A stretch of DNA of 64,000 bases. It comes from Eledone cirrhosa. Lineage: Eukaryota. Each line of letters begins with the position of its first letter. Position 1 is the first letter of the stretch. Position numbers and translations under genes: made by a program. The DNA is taken from positions 116,994,001-117,058,000 of the forward strand of contig OZ024741.1 of the NCBI GenBank assembly GCA_964016885.1. Reading direction: 5' to 3'. Shown here in pieces: positions 1-12,453 of the stretch. A model generated the notes under the pieces. The model was not told the origin of the DNA and ran no database searches. It saw only the letters and a list, made by a program, of their open reading frames with translations.

Positions 1-72
<72 letters not shown>
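1..72. repeat. (TA)n microsatellite (one of dozens of TA/CA/GA tracts in the window)
   Basis: Pure dinucleotide run; such tracts produce most of the IY/TH/VC/ER ORFs in the track. Confidence 0.99.
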
Positions 73-74
<2 letters not shown>

Positions 75-121
75 GAAGGAATGAAGAATAACACGGATAA
101 GCTATACAGTAGGGTTTATTC

Positions 122-246
122 CAGTTATTAACATATGTTTCATTGGCTAGTATGTGGTTGAATGTGTCTAAAAATCGCTATCTGCAATGATGCTGTGACA
201 CTCGATTTTAGATACTGCTTATACCAGTCAAATTATCAAAATACTG
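122..246 (-). ncRNA. Type I hammerhead-like fold, U3-A8 core variant, long stem II
   Basis: Minus strand: cagtatt-TTGATAA-t-ttgactggtat...atactagccaa-t-GAAA-CATATG-TT-aataactg. Stems I and II pair imperfectly; stem III is palindromic. Confidence 0.55.
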
Positions 247-542
247 ATTTTGTATCTGGCGATACAACGTATTTATACTGAGGTGTACAGACATTAAGAT
301 TAGAAAAACAACAAGATGAAAAACAAAATGAAATAAGAAATAATAAAATGAAATAAAATAAAATAAAAATATAAATATAAATATATAAATATAGCTATAC
401 AGACGTTAAGATGAAAACTAACAGGATGAGAAATAATATAATAAAATACAGTAAAATAAAACAAAAGATATAAATGTAGGGATTTGTCCGATGGGTAATA
501 AAAATGAAGGGGCAAAATAGTAGAAGTGTAGAATGAAAATAA

Positions 543-711
543 TAATAATTGTTTCTACTTTAGGCACAAGGCCAGCAATTACCCAGTGCATTACTAATAA
601 TAATTGTTTCTACTTTAGGCACAAGGCCAGCAATTACCCAGTGCATTACTGGTACTTTATTTTATCGACCCCGTAAGGATAAAAGGCAAAGTCAACCTCG
701 GCGGGATATTG
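543..711 (-). mobile_element. tRNA-like SINE family A, 5'-truncated, with ~55-bp tandem duplication of its 3' end
   Basis: aataattgtttctactttaggcacaaggccagcaattacccagtgcattact occurs twice, then the body shared with 12454-12634. Confidence 0.8.
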
Positions 712-1160
712 ACCATAATGATAAATGATTGATACCATATGTGAGGGTAAGAGAATTGAAGAGGTGTTTGTATTGATAAAGAATTCGTATCTACTATAGG
801 TGCGTCCTTAGATTGCCAGCTTCTCTTGCATCTGATTGGCTTATAGTATGTCCTTTGATGTCTTGGGGGGTGGGGTGGGGTGCTGTTAGTGATAGATAAA
901 TGGGTATGTTTGCAAGATAAGGTATGGTAGATTTGTAATGTGGTGTCCTTTTATGGTGATAAGAGAGATGTTTAAATTGCCTACTGGCGCCAAGTTTTCG
1001 GATGCTATAAGACTGGGGAGTTAGCTTATTCGATCGAATCCTGCTTATTTTCGTTTGTAGTTTATGAAAGTATTGGCGAATTTGAACTCACAGTAAATTG
1101 TTCGTTGAATTTTGTTATTTAGTAATTTGTTATTGTATTGTAAGATATGGAGTAGTTCAA

Positions 1161-1263
<103 letters not shown>

Positions 1264-1336
1264 ACATATATATATAAGGATCATCCTTCCATGTTGAAGG
1301 GTCTTTGTCGAGGAAATCGGTACTGATAGAAAATCT

Positions 1337-1795
1337 CTACCGTGATCCCCGCCAGAAATGAATTCAAAAATGGCTAAGCATTATCACGTGGTTAGTAGTC
1401 AAGGTAGAAGGTTGTGATTGGTTGCCAGGCAGCGAGTAGGCTGGTTGCCAGAAAGCGCAGCCAGATACTATATATTTTATCTAATCATTCTTCAAACTTG
1501 CAATTTTATATATAGCTCTGATTAATAATTATTTGATTAATTAATTCTTTCATTGAACCACACCGTGAAAGGTAGCCACACTCATATATGTATCTGTTAC
1601 TATGTCTAAATATATACATATATCCCTATGAATTTAATATATACTCCCGTAAGGTAGAGTAACACTTTAGGCAGTATCTGGCTGCGCTTTCTAGCAACCA
1701 GCCTACTCGCCGCCTGGCAAACTTCTACCTTGACCACTAGCCACGTGATAATTTTAGCCATTTTTGAATTCATTTCTGGCGGGGATCACGGTAGA
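1337..1795. repeat. Inverted repeat, ~130-bp arms, ~200-bp spacer
   Basis: ~1337-1469 (ctaccgtgatccccgccagaaatgaattc...gccagatact) is the reverse complement of ~1673-1795. Confidence 0.9.
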
Positions 1796-1818
1796 AATTT
1801 TAGTCCAAACTCGGGGTG

Positions 1819-1902
1819 TCACTTGATAAGCTCCAAGCCCCGTGGATAAATCCAGGATCGGATATATCCGCAAAAAAGGAGCGAAACTGCCGGCAGTCGG
1901 GA
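1819..1902 (+). ncRNA. Type I hammerhead ribozyme, U3-A8 core variant
   Basis: tcac-TTGATAA-gctcc...ggagc-GAAA-CTGC-cg-GCAG-TC-ggga: 5-bp stem II base, stem III ACTGC/GCAGT, GUC cleavage triplet; stem I weak. Confidence 0.7.
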
Positions 1903-2186
1903 GTAGAGGAATTTTGGCAAAGTTTATATGCATTTTTTCTTCTAACTTATATTTTAGACCTAACTCCGTTTAGTTGATTATTTGTGTAGTCAATTTCTAC
2001 CGGCTAAAAGGGATGACAAGATACATTTTATCTGGCTGTCCCTCGCGGAAAATAGTCTGTATCATTTGTCTATTATTTCTTCAGTTACATTTTAAACTTA
2101 TAGCCTCGTTTAAATGATTATTTATGTGCTTGATTTCTACGGACTAGGGAGAGGAAAGACTGTATATATTTTATCTTCAAACATGC

Positions 2187-2236
<50 letters not shown>

Positions 2237-2295
2237 ATATCACTGTAGAAGCTCGTCATATATATATATATGTATATATATGACGAGCTTCTGCA

Positions 2296-2365
<70 letters not shown>

Positions 2366-2379
2366 GACGAGCTTCTGCA

Positions 2380-2431
<52 letters not shown>

Positions 2432-2989
2432 CGAGCTTCTGCAGTGTCCGTCTACCAAATTCCACTCGCAATCATTGGTTTAACGATCGATTCTGATAAA
2501 TCGACCACCTTACACATGCATGCCGCACAGACACCCATAGTGAGGGAGAAAGAGATACAACGATTGATAGATAAAGAAATTATTAAATGTGTATGTATGT
2601 ATGTAAAGAGAGAGAGAGAGAGAGGGGGCGGGAGGGAGAGAGAAAGTGAGAGAAGTTGGGAGATAAATAGATAGCAAGATAGATGGACGAACGGATTGAC
2701 ATATATCAAACCATAAGAGAAATGGCCTTTAGGTTCGTAAATAAATTGTTTGGTGGGGTTTATTATAAGAACACAAGAAAAACATTTTTTCTTCGATCAA
2801 TCTATTTACTTAGTTATTCAACGAAATTTTTCCGTGCAAGTTTATAAATGTGTCGTCCAAGAATTCAGCAGCGAGCCTGATTCACTAGTTTATGGTGAAT
2901 ATTGAAAATACTTTAAGAAGTCACTTGGTCTGTCACGCCATCTTTCTTCAATGGCAATCAGCAACACGGCTATGCAAGCAAGCTTTCAA

Positions 2990-3330
2990 GGCCACTCCAC
3001 CTGTCCAAGAGACGGGCTTTTCTACTAAGGCGGATTACCGTCAACTTCATTCCATGTACTTGGGCGATTTTGTCAGACTAATTCGAAGTGTATGAAAAAC
3101 GGAGAAAGGAATTAAGGGACAACCATTTGAAAAACATTTAATAAACCTCACTAAGCCGATTGTAAGAAGACACTGATGACAATGGGTCAGTGATAGAAAC
3201 AAAATCACTGGATCATCAGATCGATTGATGTCAATAACGTTGAATAGACGACGGACAGTGAAGAGAACGAAAGCTTGCTTCGAAGAAGCAGAACATTGAA
3301 ACACTTTTCCAATGGCGATCAGCCTTTATC
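2990..3330 (+). pseudogene. Possible highly decayed mariner/Tc1 transposase C-terminal fragment
   Basis: Translation HSMYLGDF...GIKGQPFE loosely resembles the HPPYSPDL...L.G..F region. Weak. Confidence 0.25.
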
Positions 3331-3610
3331 ACTGCTAAAATGATTTTGATCTTTGAAAAGGAAAAAGGCTTCTGAAAGTACTTATGAAATGTGAAGGAGG
3401 TGGAAGATGTTGAAAAACTGTCAATCTTCTTTAGTTCTTACTCAACTTGACACAGGCCAACCCTACATCTCCTTTTCGATTACTTATATAAATTTTTACA
3501 TCGATTTTTATTTTCTTTCTTTCTCTTAAACAGACTGATAATTATATTTAGCTAATAATGTTTCGCATTCTCATATCCTTATATCTCACACACACACGCG
3601 CACACACACG

Positions 3611-3721
<111 letters not shown>

Positions 3722-3738
3722 GTGTATAAGTGTATATG

Positions 3739-3787
<49 letters not shown>

Positions 3788-4042
3788 ATACTTGGAGAGG
3801 GTCATATTGTTGTAATAATATTGCCAGAATTAATAACAGAACACACTCACTGTTTGGTTGGTTTTCGCTTCTGTATCTTTTATATCAATTAATTTATTCG
3901 GTCCTCAATGTTTACCATTGACTGACCAACGGTCAAAAATGCAGATATAATATAGACACAAACACATATATATAGTCTAATAAAGTTCTTTCGTTGCACA
4001 TCTGCAACATCGTCAGTGGTGGTATTATGTTTCCTCCTGTTG

Positions 4043-4125
<83 letters not shown>

Positions 4126-4270
4126 ATAAAAACACTTGAGTGCATTAGAGTCAAACACACTCGTCGCATTAGAGAAATGACAGTACAAGAGATAGCTCAA
4201 TGTAATCAAACAGAGCCGAAAAAATTATATAAATCAACAAAGAAGCCTTTAATACATTAAAAATCTTTAA

Positions 4271-4315
4271 TCGCTGACAATGTTTCGTCCCAGTAATTAG
4301 GACTCTTCACAGCAA
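4271..4315 (-). ncRNA. Type I hammerhead fold with C3G mutation (probably inactive)
   Basis: Minus: ttgct-GTGAAGA-gtcc-taattactg-ggac-GAAAC-att-GTC-agcga. Confidence 0.65.
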
Positions 4316-4983
4316 GGAAAAGACAAAAATTATCAACGGCTAGAACAAGCCAAAATTCAGAAGAATAGAGAAATAGAAAAATAGAAATTAAAAGTTACAT
4401 TATAAGATATAATATGCAGGTAATATAAAAACAGGATAAGGAGGCAAGGTCTAGGATGTTGCGACATATTTAGATTTCAGGTAACTAGGAGAGGGCACTT
4501 AATTACTAATGGGTAAAAATTTATAAAATTTATAACACACCCGATAAAATGTAAAGAAGGATATTTCGGAAAAATTATCCAGGAAACACATGTCAAACCT
4601 AATAGGGTACATTGGTACATACAAACTATAGGGCAAGAGAGCAAGCAAACATTAAAATAGCCACGTTAAAAGTACAATATATGTCCAATACTCGAAATAC
4701 AACATAATAATATAATCAGAGAAATAAGATATAAAAAATATAATATAATATACAATACAATGCAATATATAATACAGAAATAAAATTTAATATATATATA
4801 TACACACACACTCACACACATATATATACACACACATATACACATTTACACATACACATATTAACACAAATATATATATATATGCACTACTACCAACGTA
4901 CCATGCAAAGTCAACATAACATGTATAAAAACATAACGTATACCACAGGGTAAAAAATAATACCATAAAATAAAATAAAGTAT

Positions 4984-5055
<72 letters not shown>

Positions 5056-5075
5056 GACCCTCCATCTCAACTCTA

Positions 5076-5111
5076 CTTTTGAAAAGGAGAAGAACTGCGA
5101 AACCGGTAAAG
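5076..5111 (+). ncRNA. Minimal type I hammerhead, U3-A8 core
   Basis: ctt-TTGAAAA-ggag-aagaa-ctgc-GAAA-CCGG-TA-aag; palindromic ACCGGT stem III; AATAAA just downstream. Confidence 0.55.
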
Positions 5112-5586
5112 GAACCAAATAAATATATATATTTTTTTAAAAATAAGACTCCAGTTGCATATTCGATTTCATCTTTTTTTCTTTTTATTTTCACTCGTGT
5201 AGGACACCTCGGTTATTATTCATTTTGTAAAAAAACCTCACTTTCTAATATATATATATACAAGCAAATTATAAATGTAAACATGTAAGTATGTTTTTGA
5301 AACGGTGCGCGAGTTTGAAAATTAGAAATTAGAAATTATAAGCTTTCACCGTATTTTAGACTACAGACATTTCTAGCCTGATAGTGGGGTTTATAACCCT
5401 CGGAGAAATGGAAAAAGATGAGTGTTGCCGTACATGGCATGGTTCTTACCACACTTCCTTCGTATATATATATATAAAACGAAGGAAGTGTGGTAAGAAA
5501 CCAGGTGGACCATAACGTATGAGAGTACTCGATACTTAGGGTAGGAGAGTGGGTAATAGGAAAAGAGTCAGGACCCCGACGGCTGC

Positions 5587-5682
<96 letters not shown>

Positions 5683-5889
5683 ATACTTTGGGAGGGTCAT
5701 GTTGCCAATATATATATATATACATACATTTATGCTCTCACACACACACACACACGCACACATATGTATATATATGTTTATACACATATACATGTTTATA
5801 CATATATACATGTTTATACATATATTATATATGTTAATATGTTTATACATATACTATATATGTTGATATATATAGTTGAACATCGTTCA

Positions 5890-6050
5890 TTTCCAACGAA
5901 TGCTCCAATTGATTCAATAAACAGAACTGTTTGCTCGTGGAATTAAAATGTAAGTGACTGAGCATTCAACAGACACAGGCACTCTTTATGTAGTTTTCAG
6001 GGAAATTCGGTGTGGCACTGTGTGACAAGACTGGGACCTGGAATTATAGA
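5890..6050 (-). mobile_element. Old SINE-like repeat family B fragment
   Basis: Reverse complement resembles ~37450-37610 and ~53245-53390. Confidence 0.5.
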
Positions 6051-6137
6051 TACAACTCATTTTTACCAGAATGAAGCAACGATACTTGCTGGAGGACAAA
6101 TCTCGTTCCCCGGTCCAGTTATCGAATTATATATATA

Positions 6138-9100
6138 TCATCATCATCCTCATCGCCATTTTACGTCCGCTCTTCCCTGCTTGCAAGGGTGGGACGGGTC
6201 TTATTCAGCACAGCATCTCTCCACTTGTCACAGTCCTTCGTCATCTCCACCGTGAGCTTCAGCGATCTGAGGTCTGTTCTCACCACCTCCGCCCATGTTT
6301 TTCGTGGTCTACCTCTACCACGTCTTCCTTCAACTGGCATTTCCTGGCATTTCTTCACCCATCGGTCATCATCCATGCGGATCACATGTCCATACCACCT
6401 CAGTCTCCTCTCTCGCACACTACATTCTATCCCTTTCAGACACAGTTTCTCTCTCAGCACATTCATGCTGGGTCGTTCACGCACATTTACACTGCACATC
6501 CAACGGAGCATGCTTGCCTCATTTCTCTCCAGCCGTCACATATCCTCTGCAGTTGTTGCCCATGTCTCACTACCATGCAGCATCGCGCTCCTCACACAGG
6601 CATCATATAACCGGCTTTTCGTACCCTTCTTCGTTAGCAGAGGAAGCAGCTCCCTAAACTTCTTCCAACCCGTCCTTATTCTAGATACTATGGCCTCGGA
6701 ACACCCCCCTCCCATGCTAATCTGATCTCCTAGGTACCGGAAGCTATCCACCACTTCTATAGTACCCGCCTGCATTTGAAAAATATGTCTATCAATGCGT
6801 CTTCTACTGTCTAATTTCCCTGTACATCTACTGCATACGTATTTCTCCCTACATGTTAGTTTGCCTGCTATCCCGCTACATCTCTTGCGTACCCAGGATC
6901 TGCATTGTGTGCATTTTATAGAATTTATGCCCGTTCCTTTTCTGCATATCGAACATGGCCATTTCCCTGATGGAATCAGAGTTTTGTCCTCTTTTCTACT
7001 CATCAACACTTTTGTCTTAGCTAGGTTCACTCTCAGTCCTCTTGCTTCCAACTGCCGTTTCTATAGCCATAATTTATTTTCTAGCTCCTCTACTGATTCT
7101 GCTATAAGAACCAAATCGTCAGCATAGAGAAGTTCCCATGGACAGCCAGTCTTAAACTCCTCTGTTATGGCTTGGAGGATTATATTGAACAAGAGCGGGC
7201 TGAGGACCGAACCTTGATGTACTCCTAATTGTATCTGGAATTCCTCACTAAACTCCATTCCTACCCTGACTTTACTGACAGTACCTCTGTACAAAGTTTG
7301 CACTGTCCCCACAAGCCATTCCTCAACACCTAGTTTCCTTAGGGACCACCAGATGACAGATCGGGGTACCCTATCAAAGGCCTTCTCTAGGTCAACAAAG
7401 GCTAAGTATAGTGGCTTATTTTTCTCTAAGAACCTCTCTTGTAATTGTCTCACCAAGAAGAGGGCATCTGTTGTACTCTTCCCAGGCACACAACCAAACT
7501 GCATCTCATCTAGTTTGACCCTTTCTCTAATTAGTTGTGCTAATATCCTTTCTGCCACTTTCATAACCTGATCCATCAGTTTTATACCCCTATAATTGCT
7601 CCTCTCCAGAGCATCCCCTTTACCTTTGTAGCAATTTATGAGAATACTGCTGCACCAGTCTTTGGGTATGACACCAATATATAGCCTGATTGATGATGCG
7701 TGCAACCAGTTTAGTGCTTACGTCCCCTGATGCCTTCAGCATCTCAGCAACTATTCCCGATGGTCCAGCAGCCTTACCATTTTTCATTTCCTTAATCGCC
7801 TCTTGGACCCTATATTCGTCAATCTCAATAGCTGGTCCCTCTGTCGGATCTACTAAGGGTAATTTCTCTCCCTCCCATTCGTTCTCCACATTCATCAGTC
7901 TCTCATAATGACATTTCCAGGCCTCCTTTTTCTGATCATTCGTGTTACTAAGTACACCGGCATCATTCCGGACACATTTATCTCCAACAACATCCTGATT
8001 TGCATTGACACACTGCCTTGCAATGTGGAACACCACACGCCTCTGATCTTCCCGTCGCAGAACATTGGCAAACCTCCTACTCTCAGCCTACCTGCGTGCT
8101 AAGTACACCTGACGTCTAGCTTCTCTCTTAGCGGCTGTATATCCTTCCCTACTCCCACCCTTTTCCCAAGCCTTCCATGCTAATCTGTTGTCTATAATGG
8201 CCTTATCTACTGTGCTGTTCCACCACCAGGTCACTCTCTCTCTGGTTGGAGCTCTGCTCCAGCCACAAGTTTCATCAGTAGCCTGCAGTAAGTTATCACG
8301 TAAGAAATTACAGTTATTATCTGTCATACGTCTCTAAATCGTCTTCTTTTTCGTCATATACATCTTGAAGGGCTTTCCTAAATTTGTATTTTAGTGAAAG
8401 GTCTTTTAGCTTCCAGACCTTTCTTCTCCACACCTTGTATGTCTCATTCCATCTCTTGCTTACTGAGATATCACTAACGACTAACCTATGCTGAGGGGTA
8501 CATTCTTCCCCAGGGTATGTCTTGGGATTAGACACTATCTGGCTGTCCCGCTGCCTAAATAGTAAGAAGTGAATCTGGCTTATGTGCTCACCAGATTTGT
8601 AGGTTATTAGGTGATTGGCAGGTTTCTGGAAGTTTGTGTTGCAAATAGTCAGTGTACTTGCATCGCAAAATTCAAGAAGTCTCACTCCTTCTTCATTTCT
8701 TGAGCCGTAACCGTGCCCACCATGTACCCCAGTGCAACCATCCCGGAGCTGTCCAACATGACTATTGAAGTCCCCTGCTAGCATAACGATGTCTCCGTCC
8801 TCTATCATTGCGGTTGTTTGTAAAAGTTGCTCGTAAAAGCAGTCTTTCTCATCTTTGCCTAGGCATGCTTGGGGAGCATAGGCAGAGATGATTGTCAGTA
8901 GTCTCCTGCCTACAGCTAATCTAAGCTTAATTATTCGATTACTAACTCGAACTACCTCTATTGTCTTACTGATCCATCTCTCAGCCAGGAAAATGCCTAC
9001 TCCCTCTAACCCAGCATCCTTACCTACCCAGAAAAGCTTATAGCTTAGATGTTTGCCTACGACTAGTCTCGCAGAGGCACCTCTCCATCTCACCTCTTGC

Positions 9101-9430
9101 ACGCAGCACACATCCACATGCCTTCTCTCCAGCATCTCCGCTATTTCAGCAGATCTACCTCTGAGAGTGCCAGCATTAAATGTTGCAACTCTGAGATGCG
9201 ACATCTTCATATTTTGTTGTTGTTCCTATCTATTTATTGCTGAGCTGATAAGCGTTTTGGCATTGATACACTGGTTGGATGCCCTTCCTAACACCAGTGC
9301 CACTTTACAGCATGGACTGGGTGCTTTTATTTGTGTCACCAGCACTAGAGAGGATGTCTTACTAGACTCCAGGGCCCTCTCTACCCCTCCATTTTACAGC
9401 ATGGTCATAAAACAAAATCCACTTATTGAC
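6138..9430 (-). mobile_element. Near full-length RTE-clade LINE, decayed
   Basis: APE endonuclease (ATFNAGTL, QEVRW, SAYAPQ, GDFN, QHRLV) at 8317-9210; RT (FVDLEKAFD, HQGSVLSP, LLYADD) at 7061-7705; PHD-like CSIC..CTQC..CSRC insert; RRLRWYGHV tail; (GAT)n 3' tail at ~6138. Confidence 0.95.
6161..9210 (-). pseudogene. RTE APE-RT polyprotein broken into six ORF pieces by stops/frameshifts
   Basis: Collinear ORFs 8317-9210, 8088-8327, 7620-8036, 7061-7705, 6536-7051, 6161-6511. Confidence 0.9.
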
Positions 9431-9478
9431 ACGACACGCACACACACACTCACACACCAACACTCATGCATACAAAGA

Positions 9479-9598
<120 letters not shown>

Positions 9599-9672
9599 CC
9601 GTCAGTACTGATACAAAATAAAAATCATGTCAACTGTTGACTTTTCCCAGTCCAGTTCAGTTTTTATATAAT

Positions 9673-9851
9673 TGTGTCTACGTTAGGCACAAGGCCAGCA
9701 ATTATCCAGTGCATTACTGGTACTTTATTTTATCGACCCCGTAAGGATGAAAGGCAAAGTCAACTTCGGCGGTATTTGAACTCAGATCGTAAAGGGGCGT
9801 AACTATGCTGGAAAGCATGGCGTCCGACCCTCTACCGATACTGCCAATCCA
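9673..9851 (-). mobile_element. SINE family A, full length, 22-bp target-site duplication
   Basis: tccagttcagtttttatataat at 9651-9672 and 9852-9873; A-box-like TGGCAGTATCGG and B-box-like GTTCAAATACC on the minus strand. Confidence 0.9.
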
Positions 9852-9899
9852 TCCAGTTCAGTTTTTATATAATAATGATAATAATTGTTTGCTTTACGC

Positions 9900-10320
9900 T
9901 GGTGATGGTGGTGGTGGTGGATGATGTCAGTGATGGTGATGGTGGTAGTGGTGGATGGTGTCAGTGATGGTGGTGGTCAATGCTGGTGGTTATGGTGGTG
10001 GATAGTATCAGTGATGGTGGTGGTGATGGTGAATGGTGGTGGTGATGGTGGTGGATGATGTCAGTGATGGCGGTCGTGGTGGTGGATGGTGCCAGTGATG
10101 GTGGTGGTGGTGTCAGTGATGGTGATGGTGGTGGATAGTGTCAGTGATGGTGGTGGTGGTGGTAGTAGTGGTGGTGGTGAAGGTGGTGGATGGTGTCAGT
10201 GATGGTGATGGTGGTGGTGGTGGATGGTGCCGGTGATGGTGGTGGTGGTGGTGAAGGGGGTGGATGGTGTCAGTATGGTGATGGTGGTGGTGGATGATGT
10301 CAGTGATGGTGGTGGCAGTT
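9900..10320. repeat. (GGT/GAT)-rich minisatellite with recurring gtcagtgatgg
   Basis: Degenerate tandem units, followed by (TTG/CTG)n. Confidence 0.85.
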
Positions 10321-10602
10321 GTTGTTGCTGCCCTTGTTATTGTTGTTGTTGTTGCTGTTGCTGTTGTTGCTGCTGCTGCTGCCGTTGTTGTTGTTCATTT
10401 CACTGATGCTGCTGCTGCAGACAATGGTGCTAGTGCTGTTGCTGTTATTGTAGTCGCATACATATATATAAATACATACACACACATTCAACACAGACAA
10501 TGGTGTTGTTGCTGTTGTTGTTGTAGTTGTTGCTGTGTTGAAATCTGGTCTCATCCACTGAGATATATATATACATACATATATACACACATATACATCA
10601 AA

Positions 10603-11051
10603 GTGTATACTGATTAATGTGTATACTGATTAATGTTCAGAGCCATCCTCAGCATTCTCGTGTAGCACCCATCCACCATCTGAGTGAGTTTCTTGGTCAG
10701 TGTCCAAGTCTCAGACCCATACAGCAGCACAGACTCCACTACAGCAATGAAGAGGCGGATTTTCAGGTCTTTACGAAGGTCCGACTTCCACACCAATCTC
10801 AAGCTGTGGCACGCCGCCCAGGCTTTGCTCTTCCTCTCAACCACATCATCCTCCATATTCCCAATCTCAGAGCTGTATGGGAGCATCCCAAAAGTCAGCT
10901 CAAAAGTGACACAGAGGAGACTGAGGTTAGCTGGACATGCTCACCGACATCCAGAGTTGACATTGCACTCAGTGCTCCTGTGGGAGCCCCTACATGGACA
11001 CACTAGAAGATGAAGACCAAGGTTAACGTATGTTGATGCCCTAAGGACAGA
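10603..11051. mobile_element. RTE-clade fragment with 5' inversion
   Basis: ~10614-10860 minus encodes ...ESVLLYGSETW...NINQYT; ~10867-11051 plus continues SELYGSIPKVSSKVTQRRLRLAGH. The same family is collinear at 41510-41930. Confidence 0.85.
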
Positions 11052-11162
11052 TGAAGGACTAATGTCCAAAACCGTAATACCCTTTTCGTGTTTTTCAGGC
11101 GTTAAACTATTATACTTCTTCATTGTTATTTGTATTTACTTTTTTACACACACACAAACTCA

Positions 11163-11242
<80 letters not shown>

Positions 11243-11592
11243 AATACATATATAAACATTGTATATATATATATATACACATATATATTGCCAAGTTACA
11301 CACGAAAAAAATACGAAGTACGTGGGATGAATGAGCAAAAACATTTATTTTCCTCTTCAGCGACATGCTGATCAATGCAATTCTGTGCATAAGGGTGGTA
11401 TCGCATAATATTGAGCCCATGCTGTACGACAACTTAGAAGATGCTGCCAGAATTATGTATATCAGAAAAGACAACAGCATTGAGACAGGGGACAAGTAGG
11501 TGTCTCTCGATTGGAAACAGAACAGTATTCGGTACAGACAAGTTGCGCAAATGGGAAGGGGGAAAATAAAGAAGTGGGGGAGAGAGAAAGAA

Positions 11593-11678
<86 letters not shown>

Positions 11679-11732
11679 GTCGCGTTGGAAAGTAAACAGT
11701 TAGTCAAAGAAGGATTGTATAGCGTTATAGTA

Positions 11733-11990
11733 ATAATTGTTTCTACTTTTGGCACAAGGCCAGCAATTACCCCAGTACATTACTGGTACTTTATTTTATC
11801 GACCCCGTAAGGATGAAAGACAAAGTTAATCTCGGCTGTATTTGAACTCAGACCGTAATAACGTTATAGTAATAATTGTTTCTACTTTTGGCACAAGGCC
11901 AGCAATTACTCAGTACATTACTGGTACTTTATTTTATCGACCCCATAAGGATGAAAGACAAAGTTAACCTCGGCTGTATTTGAACTCAGA
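11733..11990 (-). mobile_element. Two tandem 5'-truncated SINE family A copies
   Basis: ~138-bp unit repeated head to tail. Confidence 0.85.
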
Positions 11991-12453
11991 CCGTAATAAC
12001 GTTATAGTAATAATAATAATTAGCAATGTTGCACACGAAAAAGAAAAGACAACGAAATGCGTTGGACGAATGAACAAAAGCATCTACTTTCCTCATTGCT
12101 AGACAATGCAATTTCGTACATAAGGGTGGTATAGCATAATATTGAACCCAGGCAGCACATATAATCAAGATGGTGCCGCAACAGGAACACAATCTAATGA
12201 CTGAAACTAGGAAAGAATAAAAAATTATACATTTCCCTCCCTTTCCCCGTGAAATCTGTTATTTTGTGCGTTTCTTATAGTAATGTTCGTTACTCGCTTC
12301 ATTCTCTTTTCACATTCTTTAAATCCTTATTAAACAACGAAAGTGATTAGCTTATTAGCTAAACACTTTCGTTGTTTATAAACTCTGAAGATCATAAACA
12401 TGTTATTTACAGCCATTGCATTCAGCACAATACCATAGCATTATTCTAAAGAG

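Noticed and set aside
2241-2450. CRISPR-like repeat-spacer look
   Set aside because: The spacers are just (TA)n, there are no cas genes, and the context is eukaryotic.
5325-5380. Minus-strand GAAAGCTT with paired flanks (similar weak cases near 3900, 25060, 35270 and 41180)
   Set aside because: The core is too degenerate to call a ribozyme by eye.
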